This document shows positions 13,745 through 23,816 of a stretch of 64,000 bases of DNA, piece by piece. The first letter of the stretch is position 1. Every line of letters begins with the position of its first letter. Below the pieces are notes generated by a model, which saw nothing but the letters and a program-made list of their open reading frames with translations, searched no databases and had not been told where the DNA came from. Origin of the DNA: Ruditapes philippinarum. Taxonomy: Eukaryota. The translations under genes were made by a program, and so were the position numbers. The stretch spans positions 62,001 through 126,000 of the forward strand of contig NW_026852306.1 of NCBI RefSeq assembly GCF_026571515.1. The letters run 5' to 3'.

Positions 13745-14844
13745 AGAAATCCTCCCTGGCTATTCTAAGCTGTGACTACAATTAGTGTGGTGTGGTACTC
13801 TAATTAAGTCCTAAGTAATTATTATGTTCCGATAAGTTCCGATTGTCATCAGATGACTCTATTTAAAAGCCAAATGTGACGCTTACACTATGACGTCATA
13901 TATATATTTTCAAGTAAGATTTACTGTATATGAAACGATTCATTGTGAAACGAGTTAGTTACGAGGATATAACACTGGCTTGGGCGACATAGAGGGATGT
14001 TTCTACTTAAAAAAAAGTCGGTGCCGTTTGGCCGAGACGATTTGTTTTTGCAGAGACATCCCGAAAAAATCCACATGTGCACCTCTCTCACATAAGGTTG
14101 TGTAGCTCGGGGTCAGATTTATCAGATTTATTGCTTGTAGAACTTCATTAGTTCTACACCCTGGAATATAATGCCACATAATTAATATCACTAAAAAGAT
14201 GGTGTGTATCTATAAAACTAAATACAATATAACAATATTTGCACTCATATTTGATTTTGTCTCACGATTTTAGACCGAGTACACAAAATGATCATTCTTT
14301 AGTTATATACTATTATTTCAATTTTAATGTATGGCGTACAAAAAGTCTCAAAAGACTTCAAAAGACAAGCTCGCAATGAAATTTATATCTTTATAATTCA
14401 TACTCATGGTTATTCAGGAAGTGCGTAAGACCAATGGTATCTGTAGTAAATTAAGTTTTGTTCATTCCATTTGCCAATTTAATGTTTGTGGTAACTTATG
14501 ACAGTTATTCAATAATAATTCTTTATATACTAGCAATGAAACGCTTTGATTACTTCAAGCCAAAGCACTACACAGACCATTTATCGGTTACTTTTTAAAT
14601 AGAGATCTGACAAGACGGGTATATTTCATTAATAAGGATTCGTTTGCTACCTCTACTTTAAATATAATATCATTGGGATTAAAAGATAACAACTTTCCAT
14701 TTCCTTTAGTAATTTACTATTTGATTTCATAAATTACAAAGCAATATGTACAAGCACAGTAATAATTTAACATATTCATCTCATTAGATTTATTAAAATT
14801 GTTAAACATAGCACATTTGATATATTTTTGTACGCAGCAAGAGC

Positions 14845-17440
14845 TTAAAATGGTCGCCATGGGACTTCTTTTATCACGTGACCGATTTCATTTTCCTTGC
14901 CGTTTCCAATAGTAACAATATCTATACGATTGTCTGCATTATTTTCGTCATTATCCGAACAAGAATCATCCACCTTACTGTAGCCGGAAGACGAACAGTA
15001 CGAGGAGGTGGTTTCAGATGAAGAAGTGCTTGAGAAGCCAGAAGAAGAGCTGGAATCAAGACTTGAATGCACAAATGATGACGTAAGTTCCGGTAGAGCT
15101 TGATTTCCGTTTAAAATGGGTGAATATCCTGAAAAATTAAATTCTGGCAATGGCGATGTGTTAACTGTGTCATTTGGTCTTAGAGGCGTAGAGAGACGAT
15201 GTGTTTGTCTATTTTGATTGAATACATTATTCACATGTTTATTGTGATTTGTCATTTCCTGTCGTCTGCTTCTCGTGAGGAAAGCCTGGTGTAGATGATT
15301 GCTTAGGGAACCAGTCACTGTATCACTTGTGATTTTATTCCTTGCCAAATACGCCACAGCTTCTTGTGCACATGCCTTGTACCCTGCATTATAGGCAGCA
15401 GCTTCTGTTGCCATGGTAACAGATTGTTGTTGTCGTTGTAGCTGCGACAGATGATACACAGTTAAGTCTAAAATGTCTGCCTTGTCAACCCTTGTCATTG
15501 GAGCAGTCTGGAGATGAAAACAAATCGTTAAATGTTACAAAAGTGTTTGCAAAAAAGATTTTAATGTAAGGTGTGTGATATTTATTGGAAACATATATAC
15601 GTGTTCTGCATTGTTTTGTTCGGTTAACCATCATAGTATACACTCACTTAATAAATATATTTTTGTACAGACGAAAATCTAAAGCTTATTCAGTTCATAT
15701 ATAAATACATATTTGTATATTGAAAAATAATGTTGTCATATATTTGACATCCATTTGCTCGACTTATTAGTGATCGGCGTGGTGATCCAAATGAATGACT
15801 TCCTGAATGACTTCCAAATATATATTGGCGAAACATGGCATGTTTAATCTATGCAATATGTTGACATAATTATAGAGAAAACGTAATGCTTCAAACGTTT
15901 TCCAGAAAAGCAGCTACTAATTAGGAACACTTGCGTGTAAAACTTGATGCTTTGGTTATATTATATTACATTGTGTTGAAAAGTCTGTTCGATTAGCTAC
16001 TTCAGAAATGATATTCGTCTTTTCATTTTTCCCCACTCTAAATATTATATATTTTGAATTTCAATTGTACATGATTGCATGCTGCGTAAAACCGAACACT
16101 TATAAAATTACTTACATTTTCTTGAATAGTCTGTGCGATTAGCGACTTCAGAAGTGATATACTTTTGTTCATTCTTTCTCTTCTCTTCTTCTCCACCATT
16201 GGCTTCCGGATCTGCAAGAAGCATAATTTAAAATACTGTGTATGCACGTTGAAATTCTATTGGGCAAAAACAAATAATTTCAAGCACTAAGAAGCGTTTA
16301 AATTGTCCTATACAATATCTATACGCCCAGCTAAACGTTAAACAACGATAACGACATTGCTGTAGTTCTCCGATATGACTGATAGTAAGCAATAAGTAAG
16401 TTGGGGGAGATATGAATTCTGGTAAAGGGAAATCATTTTGATACTATTTATAGATCTATAATATTATTATATATATGCACATTTGTATAAATGTACTATT
16501 ATGCAGTTTAAAAGTTTTGAAACTACGTTATTTGATAGTACTATTACCTAGTAAAGGTACAAAGTAAAAACTCTACATTAAAGATCACTTAACGAGAAAA
16601 AAAATGTGAAGTACAATTAAACATATAGAAGAGGAGGGACTATTTATGATTTTAAAGCCCTTAACATCTAAATAAATCTTATCCCTTGATTGTTTATTTA
16701 AACATTCATTCAATCGGGAGAAATATTTAGATACCGTAACGGTTGTAAAATATCGCATAGCATTAACTAAGTTCAGAGTATCAGCACATTCCCTAGCCAT
16801 AGAAACTGGGAGATATGATGGTACTCTGAGAGAAAATAGATTATGCAAATGCTGTTCAATGGGAGTTTTAGAATCTGAATATCACTTTCTTCTTGTATGT
16901 CCGTTATACAGAGATCTAAGAATGAAATACTTTAAAGGATATTTTTGCAGATGGCCAACACTGAAGAAATTTGAAATTTTAATGTCGACAAATGTTAAAA
17001 GTAATGTTACCAACTTAGCAAAATATATTTACTTTGCATCAAAGTTACGAAATGACAGGTTATCAAATTTATGATGTGTTAATTGTTGTTATATACTAAA
17101 TTTCAAATTAAGTCTCGTACATTATTTTTACATTTTTTTATCGATGAGTAATTAAAATGTCAGCCAAATACGTCATTATGATTGTATTATTTTTTTCTAT
17201 GAACAATTGAAAATGAAGTCTCGTACGTTATTGTAATTGTAAATTTCCAACAGTATTCATATACCCTGTGTAAACCATTTCTCATGTATTTATGTTGTTG
17301 TTATTGCTATAAACTTTGTAAGTTTAAAGCGGAATAAAGTGTATTGTATTGTATTGTATTGTATTGATTGTACATTAAAAGATAAATACCTTTCTTGCGT
17401 AGGACATATCCTGTGAGTCAGATTTCTTAGCTCCGCCCAT
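14845..17440 (-). CDS. HES-like: Hairy/Enhancer-of-split (HES)-family bHLH-Orange repressor, copy A; exons 17440-17390, 16211-16116, 15507-14845; 269 aa; C-terminal WRPF
   Basis: MGGAKKSDSQDMSYARK|IRKPMVEKKRRERMNKSISLLKSLIAQTIQEN|TAPMTRVDKADILDLTVYHLSQLQ...YNAGYKACAQEAVAYL (Orange)...VPWRPF*. Basic-region proline is diagnostic of HES; GT-AG introns in phase 0. Confidence 0.95.
16583..17370 (+). mobile_element. 5'-truncated LINE (RTE-X-like C-terminal CCHC region plus 3' UTR) in intron 1 of HES copy A, antisense to the gene
   Basis: Reads EKYLDTV...RIALTKFRVSAHSLAIETGRYDGTLRENRLCKCC...ESEYHFLLVCPLYRDLRMKYF...LAKYIYFASKLR*, then AATAAA and a (GTATT)n tail at ~17333-17366. Candidate TSD TACATTAAA at 16574-16582 and 17371-17379. 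Clade assignment from motif memory only. Confidence 0.85.
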
Positions 17441-17850
17441 ATCTATTTAAATTTCTGGTCGTAGTTCTACAATGAAGTAACGTTCCACACGATTTAGATT
17501 TGATTTAGAGAACTAGGTACTTTTCAAGCAGAATTTCAAAATGATTTTGATGTGAAGTTGGATGTGCTGTCTTATTTTATACTTGTGCACTTCAATTCGC
17601 AAAAGCGCGTGCCAAGACTTAAGTGTGCTCTAAATTACTCAAGGATGTCCGTAATTAAAGATAGAATAAATTACTCAATTTGTCAAAACGTTTTGTAAGT
17701 GGTTAATTGGTTCTGATATACGTGTCAAACGTCACAATTACTTCAACTTAATTAGCGGCAGTCTTTAATTTCTCACTTGTGTGGTAACAATAAAATATTT
17801 AAATGTGTGAAAGCACGTGCTGTTATTGAGTGGCCGTAATTAATTGTTTC
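17441..17850 (-). promoter_or_regulatory. 5' UTR and promoter of HES copy A: TATA box, two N-boxes (CACAAG), class C site TGGCACGCGC, distal CACGTG, multiple TAATT sites
   Basis: Inverted homologue of 19735-20137. On the minus strand: TATAAAA (17575-17581), CACAAG (17582-17587, 17776-17781), TGGCACGCGC (17605-17614), GCACGTGC (17813-17820). Confidence 0.75.
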
Positions 17851-19017
17851 GATTTAACACATTCAATAATCAAATTTTAAGTTGAATTTTACATACGTAA
17901 ATGCTTTAAAATTCAATTCAATATTTTATTCGGCAAAAAACATATAAATGTTCATCGCCAATAGAACATATATACAAAAGAGCATACAGAACTTTATTAT
18001 AGTTTAAGTTCAAATTTTTATTACTGTAAACGTTATGATATTGCTTTAAGCATCAAGATATAAAAAGGAGAAAAGTACAATTTCAGTTATATTTAAGAAA
18101 ATAACCTTTAATTATCATATTGTTTCATGATACATAAAAAAATTGCGTAAAATTATATGTTTACTGCTTGAAAACTGATGTTTTACATTCATTTCATTAG
18201 AAAATCCCCATAGTGTACACATGCGCTTGAGTGAATAAAGATGTCTGTCTTTCTGTCTGTCTGTCAAAATTGGTTATATTAACAGAGCATTTTCTGGAGA
18301 ACATACAATACTTCTTAATAAAACAAAAGCATTCATATATTAATATCTACTAATAAATAAGCTCTGTTGTACTTTTGATATTGCAACAGGAGTAAAGAAC
18401 TATTAAAATTTGCTTAAAACTGAATAAATAACTCAACTTTATGTTTTCGTATCCTGTATACACAGTTCGAAAGTAGAGAAGAACGTTTCTAATTAAAATT
18501 TAAACATCATGAAACGGTGAATTCTTTAACACAAATCCCAAAGGGAAGCAACTAAAATTCAGAGCTCATGTTAAAATGCATTGAAGTTACCTCCCTTACA
18601 ATTAAATACGAGTACGTATGTGCATGTTATACTTTGTACATTTTTACAATCACAAATAAGCAAACGCATAGACGTTGCGTCGTAAGGCCGTGCTCTTGGA
18701 ACGAATAAAAGGTCAGTTACTTATGTCATATCATATTACCCATTTAGAGCCATCTTGGTCATATTCTTCAAGTTTGTATACTACTACGTCGTAGAAGAAA
18801 TCGTCACACGGCCTTACCCCAGCTAACATTTGTGTCTGTGTCATTATATTTCTGTGTTGACTAACGAACGAACGCGCGCAAGCACGCACGAACGAACTAG
18901 CTAACTAAATAATAATAATCATCAATCAATGAAGCACAAAAAATGACCTGCTGATAGCTGAATACTTTATATCAAAGATAGATATTATAATGTACTGCAA
19001 TGATAGCAACTTGTAAA

Positions 19018-19379
19018 AGATCCTGCACGTTGTAATTGAGGTTGTATACCACGCGTTAGTAAAATTGTATAATTATTATTTATATAATTATGCTTATAAA
19101 ACAATTTTCAAACATCGAAGAATATGTAAAATATGTACTGCAAATATTTATACACACTTTATGCAATCATTAAAATATATGCATTCATTTCATATTGAAA
19201 AAAAAATGACTTAGACTTTTCAGAAAATAAAGTTTTTATTACGTCCCTTTATTTCCATGAAATGTTAAATTCGGTAATATCTTTATAAATAATGCATTTT
19301 GGAACTTACAAAATTGATAAATCCTAATTTAAGCATCATATTTATGATATAAAACCTTTAAAAATGTGTTACAGAATCT
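19018..19379. mobile_element. TTAA-targeting (Kolobok-like) non-autonomous element; same family as 52392-52722
   Basis: Ends AGATCCTGCA ... TACAGAATCT|TTAA. Internal sequence (ttacgtccctttatttccatgaaatg...ttcggtaata...agcatcatatttatgatataaaa) is shared with the 52.4-52.7 kb copy. Confidence 0.7.
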
Positions 19380-19734
19380 TTAAACTTGTTTCAGCTGCGA
19401 ATTCTGATTATATTTGCAATATTAATGAGTATTATAGAGTTCATACATACACAGCCTAACATTTACATCATTTCTTTGTGAAATATGAAACCAGGGGAAA
19501 ATAAAGTTCCTTCTTAACTATAATTTAGTTGATGGTTCTACTATAATTGTATAATCAAGTTTTACACGCTCTTTTTATAGCATTCCCGCATATACCCTTC
19601 AACTTTAAACTGTAAAGTTATATGTCATGGTTGCTATGCTTGTATTTGACCGGATACTGTATCTTTTTGTAGTATTGTAAAATGTGTAATAACCCCATGA
19701 TGTACGATATGATATCTTCATGTACCTTTGGTAA

Positions 19735-20137
19735 AACAATTAATTACGGTGACCTATGAAAAACACGCGTTTTCACACATTTAATTATTTTATTATTACC
19801 ACAAGTGAGAAATTAAAGACTGCCGTTTGTTAAGTTAGGTAATTGTGAAGTTTGACACGTATATCAAAACCAATTAACCACTTACAAAACGTTTTGACAA
19901 ATTGAGTAATTCAATCTTTCTTTAATTACGGACATCCTTGAGTAATTTATAGCACACTTAAGTCTTGGCACGTGCTTTTGCGAATTGAAGTGCACAAGTA
20001 TAAAATAAGAGAATTCCGAACCTGACCTCAGAATCAATTTGATTTACTGCTTTAAAAGTATCTTGTTATCTTAACCAAATATTAATCGTTTGGAAAGTTA
20101 TTTTACTGTAGAATTACGACTAGAAATTTAAATAAAT
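19735..20137 (+). promoter_or_regulatory. Promoter and 5' UTR of HES copy B
   Basis: CACGCG 19764-19769, CACAAG 19800-19805 and 19993-19998, TGGCACGTGC 19966-19975, TATAAAA 19999-20005. Aligns with the copy A promoter. Confidence 0.75.
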
Positions 20138-22062
20138 ATGGGCGGAGATAAGAAATCAGACACACAGGATATGTCCTACGCTAGAAAGGTATTTATATCT
20201 TTAACTCATGATTCAAGTGATACAGTTTTTTTTATAGATGTTAAAATTTTTAAATTTATTAATCTTCTTCTTTTCTAAAATATGATTTTCCTCTTTAAGT
20301 GAGCTTTAATGTTTGGTATTAATCACAGTATCTTTACTCTTTCCTCTTTCTTTAAAACATTAAAATTATTTTATATTTCTGTCTAATAATAACTAAATAT
20401 CTATTAATATTGCATTTTCTTTTCAGGACTTTACAACAGGAACATATATATTGTAAAATATTATTTTGTAAACCCCTTATGTATTTTATTATTACCTGGG
20501 TGAATAAAGATATTTGATTTGAATTGAATTGAACTAGGTAGTAATTATATCAAATGACGTATTTTCAAAACTTTAAAGCTACATTAATATATTATGTATA
20601 TTATACTACATTTGTATATAAAAATATATATATATGTAGATCTATATACAGTATTAAATGATTTTCCCCAACCAGAATTTCATATTCCCCCCCACCAAAT
20701 TCTTATTGCGAAATAGCTTACTATCAGCCATATCTAAGAACTACTGGCAATAGGGAATTCTCAGGTATTGGGTACACACGCTCTATGTTTTTGGGGTTTT
20801 TTTTGCAGATCCGGAAGCCAATGGTGGAGAAGAAGAGAAGAGAACGAATGAATAAAAGTATATCACTTTTGAAGTCGCTAATCGCACAGACTATTCAACA
20901 AAATGTAAGTTATAATGATATAATTGTTCGGTTGAACGTAGCTTGTAATCATGTACAATTGAAATTCAAAGTATGCCATGTTTCGCCGTTTACGTTTGAG
21001 CCTGATCCCCTCAGGATCAGTCATTCATTTGGAACACCACGCGGATCCTCAGGAAGTCATTCATTTGGAACACCACGCGCATCCTCAGAGAGTCATTCAT
21101 CTGGAACACCACGCGGATCCTCAGGAAGTCATTCATTTGGAACACCACGCGGATTACCAATGAGTTGCCAATGGATGTCAAATTTGTAAAAATATTATTT
21201 TTCGGTATATTTAGATATGAACTGAATAACCTTTATATATATTTATTATGTATATACTAAGATTTTTAATCAAAGAAATTAATACAGAATCAGTAAATAT
21301 GTTTCGAATAAATATTACAAACCTTATATTCAAATTTTCAAACATATATTAAGAATAACACTGTTGTAAAATTTATCGTTTTTTGTTTTTCAACTTCAGA
21401 CTGCTCCAATGACAAGGGTTGACAAGGCAGACATTTTAGACTTAACAGTCTATCATCTGTCGCAGCTACAACGGCAACAACAATCTGTTACCATGGCAAC
21501 AGAAGCTGCTGCCTATAACGCAGGATACAAGGCATGTGCTCGAGAAGCTGTGACTTATTTGGCAAGGACTAAAATCACGAGTGATACAGTGACTGGTTCC
21601 GTAAGCAATCATCTACACCAGGCTTTCCTCACGAGTAGCAGGCGACAGGAAATGACAAATCATAATAAACATGGGAATAATGTGTTCAATCAAAATAGAC
21701 AAACACATCGTCTTTCTACGCCTCTAAGACCAAATGACACAGTTAACATATCGCCATTGCCAGAATTGGATTTATCAGGGTATTCACCCATTTTAAACGG
21801 AAGTCAAGCTCTACCGGAACTTACGTCATCATTTGTGCACGGCAGTCTTGATTCCAGCTCTTCTTCTGGCTTTTCAAGCACTTCTTCAATTGAGACCACC
21901 TCTTCCTACTGTACGTCTTCCGGTTACAGTCAGGTGGATGAAACTTGTTCGGAAAATAACGAAGACGATATAGAAAATTATATAGACGTGGTTTCTATAG
22001 GAAAAGGTAAAGAAAATGAAATCGGTCATGTGATAAAAGAAGTCCCATGGCGGCCATTTTAG
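20138..22062 (+). CDS. HES-like: HES-family bHLH-Orange repressor, copy B; exons 20138-20188, 20809-20904, 21400-22062; 269 aa; C-terminal WRPF
   Basis: MGGDKKSDTQDMSYARK|IRKPMVEKKRRERMNKSISLLKSLIAQTIQQN|TAPMTRVDKADILDLTV...WRPF*. Same exon sizes (51/96/663 nt) as copy A. Confidence 0.95.
20205..20533 (+). mobile_element. LINE-like 3' UTR/tail insertion in intron 1 of HES copy B
   Basis: Segment has no counterpart in copy A. It ends AATAAA-gatatttgatt-(TGAAT)n immediately before homology with the copy A intron resumes (ctaggtagtaattatatcaaat). 5' boundary approximate. Confidence 0.55.
21004..21155 (+). repeat. 36-bp minisatellite, 4 copies, in intron 2 of HES copy B
   Basis: Unit ggatcctcaggaagtcattcatttggaacaccacgc. 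A single related copy lies in copy A intron 2 (~15772-15818, minus strand). Confidence 0.95.
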
Positions 22063-23280
22063 ACTTTCGTATCAGTTTTCTTGCTGAAAAGAATATACCA
22101 AATGTGCTATGTTTATTAATACTAATATTTTTATAACATTAATATGTTAAATTACTACTGTGTTTGTATATGTATGGAATCATTGAGTAAATTCTAAAAG
22201 AAATAGAAAGTTGTTATCTTTTTATCCAAATAATATAATGTTTAGAAGTAGTATAAGAATTATTGTTTAAATTAATGAAATATACCCGTCTTTTCAGAAA
22301 TAATAGATAAATGATCTACGCTGTGCATTGGCTTGAATTAAACAAAGCCTTTTATAATGCTAGAATATAAAGAATTCTTAAAATAGTGACATAAGTTACC
22401 TTTAAATTCAAATTGGCAAATGGAAAGTACAAAATCCCATTTACTAGAAATAACATTGGTCTTACGCACTGTCTTGAAAAATCATACTTTAAATATAAAA
22501 TTCTAGTATATGATTATGCTCATATTTCGTATTTGGTCGAAAATCGTCAGGCATATTTAACGATGAGTTCAGATATTATAATGTTGACGTATAATGTAGT
22601 TTTATACGCAAGAGCTGCTCATAAACACCTAAGTGTTTTAGTGATACTAATTATGTGATAATACACGTGTAATAAAATATGTGGAACTATGCAAGACAAA
22701 ATTTGATTGAAAACGTATAATTGTATATTCTTACACGCTTCACACTATTTCCCCTAAGCAACAGATTGTGCAATGAAGAGCATAATTACACGATATATGC
22801 ACAGCATAACAAGGGAATGCTTACACGTCATGTGGAGATTTTTTAAAAAAAACTTAAAGACCTAAGTCCTATAACATTCGGGTCCGCAAATTTCATATTT
22901 TTAAATTTTGCAATGAATTCCCACAAAGTGTTATTGTTGTATTCACGAACAAACCTATTCGGCAATTTCCGTCATAGTTCGAGAGCGGGTTTTTTTTAAT
23001 ACAGTTTGATTCAATTCAATTCAATTCTTTATTCAGCATATGAAAATTATATGTTCGTCGCCATTTATCATGGTGACGGCGGTTACCACGTTTTCCAACC
23101 AACCGCCATCTAACCGGTGCAACGTAAGAATACAGTTTAATGTTAACATAACACTTGTGGCATGTTGCAGGTTTTAGTTAATTTTATTTTTACATATTTG
23201 ATTTTTTTTAGATGATATTATAGTCATTATATTGAGGTATATATTAATTTTATTTTCCAGCTCTCAATAGAAGTAACATA

Positions 23281-23495
23281 TGAGCCGCGCCATGACAAAA
23301 CCAACATAATGGGTTTGCGACCAGCATCCGCGCAGTCTGATCAGGATCAATGCTGTTCGCTATCAGTTTCTCTACTTGCAATAGGGTTGGAAAGCGAACA
23401 GCATGGATCCTGATCAGATTGCGCGTATGCGCAGAATGGTCTGGATCCATGCTGGTCGCAAACGCACTATGCTGGTTTTGTCGTGACGCGGCTCA
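23281..23495. mobile_element. Palindromic MITE (TGAGCCGCG...CGCGGCTCA family)
   Basis: Whole-length imperfect inverted repeat (tgagccgcgccatgacaaaaccaacata ... tatgctggttttgtcgtgacgcggctca). Second copy at 31880-32099. Confidence 0.9.
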
Positions 23496-23583
23496 GTTGT
23501 TTTATGTGTATGTCAACTATAAAAATATTATATAGCACACCATAGCATCGCATGGCGCAGCAAAGCATAACATTAACGTAACG

Positions 23584-23816
23584 NNNNNNNNNNNNNNNNN
23601 NNNNNNNNNNNNNNNNNNNNNNNNNNNNNNNNNNNNNNNNNNNNNNNNNNNNNNNNNNNNNNNNNNNNNNNNNNNNNNNNNNNNNNNNNNNNNNNNNNNN
23701 NNNNNNNNNNNNNNNNNNNNNNNNNNNNNNNNNNNNNNNNNNNNNNNNNNNNNNNNNNNNNNNNNNNNNNNNNNNNNNNNNNNNNNNNNNNNNNNNNNNN
23801 NNNNNNNNNNNNNNNN
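23584..23816. other. Assembly gap (N run)
   Basis: Run of N. Confidence 1.

Noticed and set aside
19770-19812. Possible Su(H) paired site (TTCACAC ... GTGAGAA) in the HES promoters
   Set aside because: Orientation is the reverse of a canonical SPS, spacing is too long, and GTGAGAA is preceded by A rather than a pyrimidine. Notch input is not supported from sequence alone.
21004-21155. 36-bp repeat superficially CRISPR-like in length
   Set aside because: Units are head-to-tail with no unique spacers, lie in a eukaryotic intron, and there are no cas genes.
20785-21189. 134-aa and 61-aa ORFs with (SHSFGTPRGSSG)n or (VIHLEHHADPQE)n repeats
   Set aside because: They are HES exon 2 reading through a strong GTAAGT donor into the 36-bp intronic minisatellite; not separate genes.
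23250-23535. ORFs MDPDHSAH... and MLFAISF... (and the similar 31731-32259 ORFs)
   Set aside because: Spurious frames across the palindromic MITE; only 32115-32238 is real coding sequence (pip exon 2).
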